Positions 1-11,439 of a stretch of DNA of 64,000 nucleotides are shown here, piece after piece. The translations under genes were made by a program, and so were the position numbers. The notes below the pieces were generated by a model. That model saw nothing but the letters and a program-made list of their open reading frames with translations, was not told the DNA's origin and did not search any database. The DNA comes from the human T2T-CHM13v2.0 reference genome, Homo sapiens. Location of the stretch: the NCBI RefSeq assembly GCF_009914755.1, contig NC_060932.1, one strand, 5' to 3'. The first letter of the stretch is position 1, and every line of letters begins with the position of its first letter.

Positions 1-58
1 CTCTTGGTTGGGGTGGGATGGGAGACAGGCGTGATCTGAACCCTGTCCCCAAGGGCAG

Positions 59-122
59 TGTGTATATGTATGCGTGTGGTATGTGTGTGGTATATGTATG
101 CATGTGGTATATGTATGCCTGT

Positions 123-159
<37 letters not shown>
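59..159. repeat. Imperfect (TG/TA)n followed by an (AC)17 microsatellite
   Basis: Read directly. Confidence 0.95.
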
Positions 160-160
<1 letters not shown>

Positions 161-1159
161 CTGAAAGATGGAGGGGCACCTTACACCCCATATGAGAGGA
201 TTCAGGATAAAGAGGGAGTCTAATCACGAGCCATTCAGCATTGTAAGTTTTAAACATCAAGTGGAAGGCAGTAGTTGAAAGAAGACAGTCTGGTTCTACA
301 CCAATCAATACCCTGGTGGCACTGTTGCCCCAAGGAGAAACAGAGCTGTGGTCAAATCCACAGAGCCATGTAATACTTTGAGGTCCAAGCCGATCTGCAC
401 TGGGACGGATCCCAGATCCACATAAGAAGAATTACCCCTCCTATCTGCCCCCTCCCGCTATCTCCCTCAAGAGTCCATTTGGCCTAAGTCTGCAGTGACC
501 CACACTGATATGTGCGCTTGTGCCACCGAGCTCGACCTGTGCAGGAGGGATGGCTCAGCCCCAGGGAACAGCAATCTTCCATGGCCAAAGCGGGACACAG
601 CATGGACAGAGCTCTAGCCCATGGAGGCCTTGGTGCAGATTGGGTAGAGAGAAATAGTGTATCGGGACCACTGGAGCTACAACCTTATGCCTTGGAGGGT
701 CTGGCACTGTCAGGAGAACCACCAGATCAATTTGTGGATATATGTTTGCACCCTCAGGGAACTGCTAGCCGTACTGGGGTGGTAACAGAGAATTTTATCA
801 GGGACTAAAATCAGCAAATCACATGAATCAGCACAGCTTCCCAGGCTGCTACAAGGTACAGAGGCACATGGAACCTCTTTCAAGTGCCTGTGGATCTGCC
901 ACAGGGTAGGACAGTATTTGCACACAAGCAGCAAGATAAAGATCCACCAAAGAGCAATCCCTGAACCTGTTTTGGGAAAGTTTAAGCTGGGAGCATGAAT
1001 CCTCATAAGGGATATGAGAATTCCTTCCAGAATGTCAGAGATGGGGCCCACATGTGGGGACAGAGATTTGGGATACTCAGAAAGCCTTCTCACATAAAAG
1101 TAAATTTGTTTAAAAAACTAGCTCCTTCTCTGGGAACACCGAATTTTTCAATAGCCATG

Positions 1160-1519
1160 AATGGAAAACTCCAGAAATAAACCATCCCTAAGTTTTAAAT
1201 GTCATGCTGTTCTGAGTAGTGTGAAGAAATTTCATGCCATCCTGCTCTGTTGCACATGTGATGTGAATCATCCCTTCGTCCAGCATCCCCACACTGTACA
1301 CGGACCCGCCTGTGAGTCACTTAGCCGCCCTCTTGGTTATTAGGTCCACTGTATTACAGTCCTTGGGTTCCAGGAACCCTTATTTCACTCAATAATAGCC
1401 CCAAAGTGCAAAGAGTCATGATTAAAATAATAAATTATTCTATTTATTATTAGTTATTAATCTCTTACTTTCTAATGTACACATTAAACTTTATAAGCAT
1501 GTGTGTATCTGTGTGTGTA

Positions 1520-1577
<58 letters not shown>

Positions 1578-1660
1578 CAGGGTTCAGTACTAGCCTCAGT
1601 TTCAGGCATCCACTGGGGATTCTGGAACATATCCCCCGTGAACAAGGGAGGACTACTGTA
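1160..1660 (+). mobile_element. MER44 (Tigger7-derived, TcMar) body and 3' terminal repeat
   Basis: aatggaaaactccagaaataaa...gttctgagtagtgtga...tttcaggcatccactgggg...gactactgTA matches the recalled MER44 consensus. About the first 75 nt of the element are missing here. Confidence 0.85.
1500..1574. repeat. (TG)n(TA)21 compound microsatellite inside MER44
   Basis: Read directly; the TA run spans 1532-1573. Confidence 0.95.
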
Positions 1661-1687
1661 CCTTTTGTCTATTATAATGATCAGGAT

Positions 1688-1790
1688 TTAATATTTTCAG
1701 ACCACAGTCGATCTCAGGTAACAAACTGAAACCAGTTGATCTCAGGTAACAAACAAGTGAAACTGTGGATAAGTGGGGGTGACTACCATA
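1688..1790 (-). mobile_element. MER44 5' terminus, inverted relative to the body
   Basis: tttaatattttcagaccacagtcga...gtgaaactgtggataagtgggggtgactac is the reverse complement of the MER44 5' end. Confidence 0.8.
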
Positions 1791-2875
1791 CCTGGAGTTT
1801 GGTTTTGGTAGAGGATGAAGCCTAAATAGAGAGAACCTGATTAAGTAGTGTGTCTGCATGGATACTTAGCTGTGTCATTTCTTTGTTTCGGGTTTTACCA
1901 TTGGCCCTAACAAGCGATTTATTCCATGTAATCAGTTCATGGCTCTGCTTTAGTGAAAAAGAGTGAGGAGAAACCTCTCCCTGCTCTAGCAATTAGGCTT
2001 AGTAGAACTTGGAATACACACATTTTGTGTAACAAGTAGTAGACAGTAAATGCCCTGGGTAGTTTATAGGCGGCCTGGGAATATTTCATCCATTGTTTCT
2101 GAGTCACTCAGATTATAATTGCAGTTTCCATCATAGCATTTGACACAGTGAGCATTTCTAAAGTGTTTCCAGCCTCCAAATGGCCTCATTTAGTTTTTCT
2201 TTAATTCTAAGAGAAGACAGATTTTACAATATACTGGCCAGTGGAAGTGCTGCTTTAGTTTTATACCTTAAATTAACTGTTGCATACATTTCTGATTTAC
2301 AGCTGCATTCAATTGCTATTTACTTTCTGCTTTTCTTTCTTAGCACAGGGACTAAGCTGAAATTCAGGTGCTCTGGTGACTGTTAAAAGCCAGATATATA
2401 TGAATTTTAATCCTTCTGGTTTTACGTAAACTCCAAATTAAAATAATTGCCATGTTAAAATTTTTTTTTTAAATATCAAGGTTAAAATTTTTGCCTGGAA
2501 ACGAGGTTCTTTAGAAGGTTGCATTTAAATGTTCCAAGTATCTATAAGTTTGAATTCTGATCATAAATGTATCTGTTTATTATACCCAAACAAATATATT
2601 ATGGGGTACATAAGTTATACATTACTTCTTCACCGCGTCTCCACTCTCAAGATATAGAGGATTATTCCAGTGATGAAAACTGGGGTATGAGGGATACTCA
2701 AAATCAGAGTGGAAAGCGACTAAAAAGGAGAATTTGCCCCAACTGAGGAGAAATGAGAAGGGTGGTGATTGCAGAGAAAACTGTGTTCAGGTGGTGATGA
2801 TTCCCCAAAGATCTTAGGGTATCTCCTAGTATCCTAATTCTGAGCTAAAGTCTGCCTTCAGGCATAACGTTTAAA

Positions 2876-3123
2876 GCTTAAATTGCAATCCTAGCACTTC
2901 GGGAGCCCGAGCACTCCTCAGGCTCAGGAGGTTTGCTTGAGCCCAATCATAGGGAGACCCTGTCTCTAGAAAAGTTAAAAAAAATCAGCCAGGTGTGGTG
3001 GTGTGCACCTGTAGTCCCAGCTACTTGGAAGGTTGAGGTCGGGGGCTGCAGTCAGCCATGATAGCACCACTGCACTCCAGCCTGGGCGACAGAGTAAGTA
3101 AAGTGAGTAAATAGATAAATAAA
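2876..3123 (+). mobile_element. AluJ, degenerate with internal deletions
   Basis: gtagtcccagctacttgg...caccactgcactccagcctgggcgacagag followed by an A-rich tail. Confidence 0.85.
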
Positions 3124-3499
3124 GCTCAGGATTAAGTGCCTTCCTTAGCTCTCTCAGTTGTTTTATTGGCAAAGTGGCAGCTCACAGACTGGGCTTACTG
3201 GAAATAGACTTTGTAGAAACAGGAGTCATAACACTCAATTAGAGACAAGTATGATAAAAACTTAATGTGCATCCAATACTGTTGGGATCCCTTTCTACTC
3301 TCATTGAGCTTATAGTGTCATTTGAGAATTTAAAAATATATACATTTTTAAAGCCCAGACTAAACCAAGCAACTAAAAGAAACAAGGAGCTATCATAGGC
3401 TTCCAGTATTAGAAAAGGCACCTCCCTTGGAATGAGATCCTCCTTAAGTCACCGATAAGAGAACTACTCTTTGGCAGCTTAGCCATTTTTACCCACAAT

Positions 3500-3811
3500 A
3501 TTTCTGACAGCAAATGTGGTTTTTGTTTTTTTTTCCCGATACAAACCAATTCTCTAATGCAACTGCTACCAACTGGGTGTCCTATGATTAAATTCCAGTC
3601 TGATGCTGACTACCCAGAGTTAGCTCAGACCCTGCCACAGGTTAAGGGCTCAGCCAGCCTCACAAGCCTGCCTCTACTTCCAATGCCAATTCTAAATTCT
3701 GGGCCTCCTATATTTCTGACCAACTGGCTATAAACTGGGGGTTCCCATGACCCCCTTCTTAGGTTCCATAATTTGCTAGATGGCTCATGCCACTCACGAA
3801 GTCACTTTACT
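3500..3811 (-). mobile_element. MER21-family LTR fragment
   Basis: Similar to the complete copy at 18371-19192 (ctgaccaactggctataaa...ggggttcccat...atttgctag). Confidence 0.7.
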
Positions 3812-4305
3812 GCTGCCTTCATTTAGTGAAAACTAGCCCTTCTCTGCAATGTTTGAAGTGAATAAAAGGAAGATTGGCAGTTTTTTAACAGATCTTCCAC
3901 TTCCATTTTCCAATGTATTCCAGCCACATGCCCACACCAGCTGTGTTTACCTCTGTGATTGCACCTAGTGATAAACCAAGTTGGTTTAATTAAAAGTCTG
4001 ATTACATATACAAGGAAAAACACTCGGTTATTTCCAAAACAGCGGAAAATGTCCTCTGTTGCTCATAAGTACAAATGCCTTTTTGATATGGCCAAATGGT
4101 CGTAACATAATAGTGACTATAGTTCTTTAATAAATTTATAGACTAATTATGGGGTTTACAAATTTGGCCATTAACGTAACAAAATCTCCTTTAGAAGGAA
4201 ACAACATTTCTAATTCAAAATATGTACTTGGGTTATCAGACATATGGATCCTTCAGACTTTCTAAGGCACTTGTAAAGAAATTGGATGTTAAAGAAATAG
4301 CAGTG

Positions 4306-4607
4306 GGCAGGGCGCGGTGGCTCAGGCCTGTAATCCCAACACTTTGGGAGGCCGAGACGGGTGGATCACCTAAGGTCAGGAGTTCGAGATCAGCCGGACC
4401 AACGTGGTGAAACCCCATCTCTACTAAAAATACAAAAATTAGCTGGGTGTGGTGGCAGGCACCTGCAATCCCAGCTACTCAAAAGGCTGAGGCAGGAGAA
4501 TCACTTGAACCCAGGAGGTGGAGGTTGCAGTGAGCCGAGATCACGCCATTGTACTCCAGCCTGGGCGAGAGAGTGAGCTTGTCTCAAAAAAAAAAAAAAA
4601 AAAAAAG
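4306..4607 (+). mobile_element. AluS (Sx/Sz-like), full length
   Basis: Canonical dimer with poly(A) at 4586-4607. Confidence 0.95.
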
Positions 4608-4619
4608 GAGAGAGAGAAG

Positions 4620-4758
4620 TGTCAGAGGCGTTTGAGTCAAAGCAACTCCATCTTGAATAAGTGCTGGGTAAAATGAGTCTGAGACCTAATAGGTTGCATT
4701 CCCAGGAGGTTAGACATTCTAAGTCACAGAATGAGATAGGTCGCATAAGATACAGGTC
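4620..4758 (+). mobile_element. MER41 LTR, first 140 bp only
   Basis: tgtcagaggcgtttga...gcaactccatcttgaata...aagatacaggtc matches the MER41A/B start. Confidence 0.85.
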
Positions 4759-4759
4759 C

Positions 4760-5243
4760 TACACATTTTAGGGAGAGATGAGACATCAATCAACACATGT
4801 AAGGTGTACATTGGTTTGGTCTGGAAAGTCAGGGAAGGGGACTTCCAGGTCAAAGGTAGATAAGAGACAAATGGTTACATTCTTTTGAGTCTCTGATCAG
4901 CTTTTCACTGAATACACAATTTACATGCGAGAGGAAGGTAGAGGAATAATCTCTTATGCCTCAGTCTGTCTTAGTGAAACAATAGGGCAGAGGAAGCAAT
5001 CAGATATGAATTTGTCAAAGATGAACAGAAGAATGGCTTTGATTTCTGTCTGTCCTTTGCCCATGAGGAATTTCCTTGTAGGCAAATTGAAAGGGAGGTG
5101 TGCAGCTTCTTTTATTTTTAAATCTTTGTAGCTATCTTATTTAGGAATAAAATGGGAGGCAGGTTTGCCTGATGCCATTCCCAGCTTGACTTTTCCTTTT
5201 GGCTTAGTGATTTTTTGGCCCCCAGATTTATTTTCCTTTTGCA
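4760..5243 (-). mobile_element. MER4A-type LTR, 3'-truncated
   Basis: Right end is the reverse complement of TG..AAAGGAAAATAAATCT.GGGG..AAAA.TCACTAAGC..AAAGGAAAAGTCAAGCTGGGAA. Confidence 0.8.
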
Positions 5244-6052
5244 GCCTTTATCTTATTCATCACTGTATTTTCAGCCAGCTGTTCATAGTAGCTGAAAAAT
5301 AGCCAACTGCTCCACAAATGCAGGTTGAGAAAATGAATAATGATATATAGTTAGCAGCATACCATTCCACACATGGTAGGGTTTTAGAAATGAGGGAGGA
5401 GTATGTTTGTTTCTATGTAGTAGGATACTGCAGCCCTTGTTGAGGGAAGAAAAAAATAAAAACAATAACAGAATTAAGAGATCTCACAGCATGGGTACAA
5501 AAAGGAATTTCTTATTTCTTCTAATTATTCTCCTCATCCCCTTCCTTCTGGAAACTTCTTTCTTTGGTCTTTGAAGGAGGAAATTAGGAAAAATAGCCTG
5601 CAACAGAGGGAATAGCCGGGACTTTGAAGCCAAGCACACCGAGTTTGGATGTAATTGCCTGAAGTGTGTTTTCAATCCAAATTGCACAGATGAGAGAAAG
5701 GAGCACAGCTGCACAGGGGAGGGAAGGAAGAGAGAGCTGGAAATAAGTGCTATGACATCAAGAGTGGAGGTACCCAACTGGGACATTGTTGGCTTCCTTT
5801 AGAATTGCCAGAAGTATCTTTTCTCTGCTTTAATCCTTATTGTTTTATCCCCAAATACAGACATATCAATCACACACTCTCTATAAAATTCTTCAAAAAC
5901 ATACATTGAAAATGAAAATCCCCCACTAAGCACTCCCAAGAGATAACCACTCTTACCCATATGGTGTATATTCTTTGACATCTTGCTGCTTTATGATTTA
6001 AGAGCTTAACTATGTGGTATTTGATCTATACAAAATAATAATAGTTCATCAT

Positions 6053-6400
6053 TGTGGTAGGCTAGAGAATGGCCTCCCAAAAGATATCCCTGGGACCTGT
6101 GAATATTACCTTATGTGGCAAAAGAGAGAACACTTGCAGATGTGATAAAGTTAAGGATTTTGAAATGGGAGATGACCCTGGAGTGTCCTAGTGGGCCTTC
6201 GGTGCAATTGCTAGTGAGATTTGATACAGAAGAGAAGGGAGGGCAATAGGACCATGGAGGAAGAGCTAGGAGGGAGTTGGCCATAAACTGGCTGTTACCA
6301 GAAGGTGGAAGAGGCAAGGGCCTGATTGTCCCTGAGAGAGTTCAATTGGAATATGGCCCTGTTGACACCTTGATTCTAGTCTAGTGGGTATACTGTTAGT
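6053..6400 (+). mobile_element. MLT1 (C/D/E-like) MaLR LTR fragment
   Basis: tgtggtaggc..gaatggcctcccaaaagat..gggacctgtgaatattaccttatgtggcaaaag. Confidence 0.75.
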
Positions 6401-7078
6401 GGAAGCAGGCTTTCGGGAGATAAACACCTTTGGGGCTGAGTCTATAACACTAAAAGACACAGACGTGTGTGTGTCTGTGTGTGACATTCATTATGTTTTG
6501 CCTCCTAGAAGAACTATAATTGTCCTCTCCTAAGCCAGCCTACCTTGGTTCATTCTCTGGGTCTACCATTTTCTAGAATACCTAACTGATTCTTAAAGAC
6601 TCCCCAACTCACACAACAAAATATTTTAAGTCCTAATGACTCCTGGTTGTCACAATTAAGAAAACAAGGTAACTATCCAGAAACTCATGCAAGGGTTTTA
6701 AGAATTGTGAGGTATTTTTTTTTAATGTTTTAAAAGCCAATTTGGGTTAAGAAAATTATAGCCAGAGAAAATAAGAACTTACTCTTCTGGATAAGGGTCA
6801 GGAGGACAGAATTTGCAAAATATTATGAAAATCTTTCAGGTCTATGCCTGTTGCCTCATTCACCTAGGCTAGGACCATGGGTTATGTATGGCTGTGATGA
6901 AAGGTACATGTGCAGGTCAGATAATCCCCACACAGGCATTTTTTTCATTTGGTGACTCAGAAAGTGTTTCTCTGCCAAGAGTCTCTTCTCCACATCTTAA
7001 TCTGGACTGATACCTTTCCCTAAGTACAGATTTCCCAATTGTAGGAGATATGGGTTATCTGCACATAGACAGCTGAAG

Positions 7079-7373
<295 letters not shown>

Positions 7374-7539
7374 AAGTGTTAAATTTAATTCATGGAACTA
7401 TCTTCCTGTTTGAACCTTAGGTAGGGGGAAAAGCTGAGTCTGGCTGCCAATATTTTTTTTTCTCTTATTCTTTTGGGCAAGTTGAATTGAAAATCATGAT
7501 CAAGACAACAAGCTAGGCTCCAAATCTAGTCAAAGCAAT

Positions 7540-9120
7540 ACATCTTTTTGGAGCATTTACTATTTATGAAGCCCTATGAAAGGCATATAAAGTAGTTGAA
7601 GACATGGACTTTATACTTAAGGTGCTTAGAACTGGGGGAACAAAGAGCATGCCAGGGGAGAGATGTCCCTGTGGGATTGTTTGGTCAATGGTAGAAATGA
7701 AACTTAAAATGAGCGGCTGAAGGTCAGGGACAACTCAGGAGGAAAGAATGAGGGGTAGCATCCCGAGTGGATACAGATGGAGGGAATGGGGTGTGGGCAT
7801 GCTGTGGTCAGGATTGGGGAAATGGGCAGGACCACTCTGATCAGAACAGAATTTATTTCGGGGAAAAAAAAATTAAAGGGGAAAGGCAAGGGCTGCAGTG
7901 GGCCAAGTTATGGAGGGCCTTGGATGTCAAACAAATGAGTTTGGACTTGATTCTTGAGTTGCCCTGGTCCACTGAAGTGTTTCGGATCAGCAGAGCAACA
8001 TAACAAAAAGGCACTTTCGGAAGATTAATTTGATACTGATGTGCACAGTCAATTGGAGGGGGTGAAACTGGAAGCAGAGAGGCAAGGTAGGGGCTGTTAC
8101 AGTCATGCAGGCATAAAATAATGACGGCAGCATGAGAGAAATGAAGCCCTGGGAAGAAATTGTGACAGGAGCGACAAGACTTAGTAAGCGACTGAAGTAG
8201 GGGAGAAAGAAAAATGAGGTTTTGATTCTGCGTGGCTGGGTTTCTCTAAATTGAATGAGAATAAGGAAAGGGGGCAGGGAAGATTGTATGTGGAATAAAA
8301 TGATGAACTATTTTAGAGAAGTTGGCGTCCATGCATCCACATCCGTGTCCAGCAACCAACTGGACATATGGGACTGAGTTGTGGGTAAGAAGCTTTCATG
8401 CGCGTCCGTGTGAAGAGACCACCAAACAGGCTTTGTGTGAGCAATAAAGCTTTTAATCACCTGGGGGCAGGTGGGCTGAGTCCGAAAAGAGAGTCAGCGA
8501 AGGGAGATAAGGGTGGGGCGGTTTTACAGGATTTGGGTAGGTAAAGGAAAATTACAGTCAAAGGGGGTTTGTTCTCTGGCGGGCAGGAGTGGGGGTCGCA
8601 AGGTGCTCAGTGGGGGTGCTTTTTGAGCCAGGATGAGCCAGGAAAAGGACTTTCACAAGGTAATGTCATCAGTTAAGGCAAGGACCGGCCATTTACACTT
8701 CTTTTGTGGTGGAATGTCATCAGTTAAGGTGGGGCAGGGCATATTCACTTCTTTTGTGATTCTTCAGTTACTTCAGGCCATCTGGGCGGATATGTGCAAG
8801 TCACAGGGGATGCGATGGCTTGGCTTGGGCTCAGAGGCCTGACAGAAGCCAGGGCAGGAAATGCAGGTTTGAGAGTCATCAGAACACAGGCCATAGCTAA
8901 GCCATGAAAATGACCAATGTCTCTGAGACAGAGAACTCAGCGCTCACAGACACTGAGCTCCGAACTGTCACCTAAGCATCAGAAACGGGCGGGAGGGGAT
9001 GGGATCCAGTGACGGAGTAAAAGGAGAAGTGGTCAGAAAACTGCGAGGGCCACATTTATTTACATTAGTCCACATGCTTCAAGGAAATAGAATTTAACAA
9101 AAGTAAAGAGCTGTCAAAAC
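7540..9120 (-). mobile_element. Degenerate L2 fragments (host of the LTR7)
   Basis: Purine-rich text typical of reverse-strand L2 (gagtttggacttgattct, gtttgagagtcatcag). Boundaries approximate. Confidence 0.55.
8394..8844 (-). mobile_element. Solo LTR7 (HERV-H LTR), 451 bp, 5-bp TSD GAAGC
   Basis: Minus strand begins TGTCAGGCCTCTGAGCCCAAGCCAAGCC and ends CACACGGACGCGCATGAAA. GAAGC flanks it at 8389-8393 and 8845-8849. Confidence 0.97.
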
Positions 9121-10243
9121 GGATAGGCCCTTGGGTAATTTTATATCGCCGCATTGTGTACCCTGAACCTTGAAACATGGCTCACTTTTAACTTCTTTGA
9201 ATGAAGAGCTGTGCGTTCAGACACAGTTCTGCTCCAGAGCCTCTTCACCTTGTTGATCACTTCCTGGCTGCCTCCACTAGAGATGCAGTCAATGCATACT
9301 TTGCATAGTTTATTCAGCCTAAGAAAGATCAACCTGAGTTGATCTCTCCTCTTCCAACTGCACAATTAGGAGGCACCACATAATACTGTTACCAAATATT
9401 TACTAAGCAACCCACTATGTGAAAAACTCCCTATTAGGGATTGAACAAACATTTACTTATACTCTCCATTTTAATACAAAGGTTCAACATTACAAATGTT
9501 TGAATAAATCAAAGCAGGCTGGCAAAAAAATTTCCTAAGTCTAACATATGGAGTTAATGGTGCCAACTTGCTTCCTTTTATAAGCCCAAGAGCTTTTTAA
9601 AGCTGAGCACTCTGGCTACGCCCATTAGGTTACAAGGTCCTCTCGGACTTTGTTGTATGACATCTGGTACTTTACTGCCTTAGAGGCTAAAAAGAAATAC
9701 CATGCGTGCCATTTGCTTTGTCTCAGTCTTTCTAAAAGGTTCCCTTTCAACTTGGTCTTTCTCTGTTAGTGGTAATAGTCTTTAAGGGTTTCAGATATTG
9801 AAGGTCTGTTGTTAACAGATTTTCTTTTGACTTTTAAATAAGTCACATATCCACTACTCAGAGAAGAAGCAGGGGAATATACAACTAGGATTTGTATACT
9901 AGTTTTACTTTTGCAAAGATTTTGAAGTACCTTGTCACCCAGATGACTGAGTTTTTGAAACAAAGTATATGCATTGTAGCTGGACACCACAATATAACTA
10001 GTATCAGGACACTGACAGGGAAGGTCAGGTGCAGATGAACGATAGAGGTGCAGGGTTATACTTTCTATGGCAAGGCTGGTACGTTACTTTAACAAAAAAC
10101 CCCTATCACGGATCAATGGCTTCTCAAAAGTGGGAAAAAAACCCCAGAAATTTTGCATGTTTGAATTTTACAAATTTTGCCTGCTGTACAGGCAGGCTTA
10201 GCACTAAAAGTTACTTTTTTATGGTAGGGGCTTTCAAAATGCT

Positions 10244-10625
10244 TGTTGCCATTATGTTTAGCCTAAAGCTGCCTCTTTACGTGTCTTAAAGGTTTCTCCG
10301 TACATAGGGAACCTTAACTTAACTAGAGATGTAAATGGACTGTAACCTACTCTTGTGCCAGTCACCGAGTTTCGGCCAGTCAATGGAAGCCAATTGTTCA
10401 AACTGGGTTCAAATAAGGCAAATGCCAAGCTGTAACCAATCTGAATGTTTCTGTACCTCACTTACATTTTTTGTATGTCATATTCCTTTCTCTGCTCATA
10501 AATCTTGGACTACAAGGTAGCACTGGAGCCTCTCTGAATCTATTGTTTCGGGAACTGCCTGATTTTGGAATCATTCTTTGCCCATTTAAACTCTGTTAAA
10601 TTTGTCTAAGGTTTTTCTTTTAACA
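10244..10625 (+). mobile_element. MER57 (A/B-like) solo LTR
   Basis: gtttagcctaaagctgcctc...ttcaaataaggcaaa..gctgtaaccaatc...gtttttcttttaaca. Confidence 0.85.
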
Positions 10626-10689
10626 TTGCTATCACTGCCTATATTTGACCTTCGGCAGGCAGCTTGACTTCATTTACTAGATTTCAACA

Positions 10690-10882
10690 ATAGTCCCCAA
10701 ACAACAGTCTATGGATGAGATGCATCAGAACCACCTGGTAATCACTGAAAAAATAAATTCCTGGGTCCAATTTCTGGATACTCCAATTCAGTACATCTGG
10801 GGCAAGCCCAGGGTGTTTGTAGTTACATTTTTTAAATCTGCAGGTAATTCTAATAAAAAAAAATCAGCTTTGAGAGCCGCTC
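10690..10882. mobile_element. MER5-type hAT MITE
   Basis: tgcatcagaaccacctgg...caggtaattctaat...tttgagagccgct. Confidence 0.6.
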
Positions 10883-11439
10883 ATTTCCTTCTAGATGTGT
10901 GCGGTGAAGTAAACTAGGCTGTGACCTGGTCTGAGCTTACATATCCTATATGCTAAGTATGAGCATCACAGTACCGAACTTCTCTCAAATGAAAAGAATG
11001 ATGGTCCTTCCCTGATCGGCTGAAACTGAGATACTAATTTATAAACTTGGAAACCTTGGCCTTTAACCAGAGCTTACAAACTGTAGGGGAAAGATTATCC
11101 TTTTGCCCTATGATACCCTTATTTCAGGGACATTTGGAGCACTTGATATTTTTTATTTCCTCATCATGTGTTGGGAAGAAGAGATGCCAGGAACACAATG
11201 ACAAGTCCAAGACATGCAAATCAAAATGGAACCCAGGTTTCTTCTTACTTAGTTCAGTTCTTATGAAATACATCACTATGTAATAAAATTAAATCTCTCA
11301 TGTTGGTATACCAGACCATTTTAATGTTAAAGGGAGAAGTTGATTTACGCTCACAAATTACCACTACCACCATTTCCTCCCCACCAAAAGAAAAACCTAA
11401 ACATACACTAAAACATCCCCTACACTCTAAAAATCAGCA

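Noticed and set aside
360-1093. ORFs 512-808 and 710-1093 and a DGSQI peptide near 404-418 resembling a retroviral protease motif
   Set aside because: No D-T/S-G catalytic triad in frame, stops on both sides, and no other recognisable domain. It may be an old repeat relic, but I cannot support that without Dfam or tBLASTn.
9268-9290. CCACTAGAGATGC as a CTCF site
   Set aside because: The GGC core that should follow CCACTAGAG is not matched.
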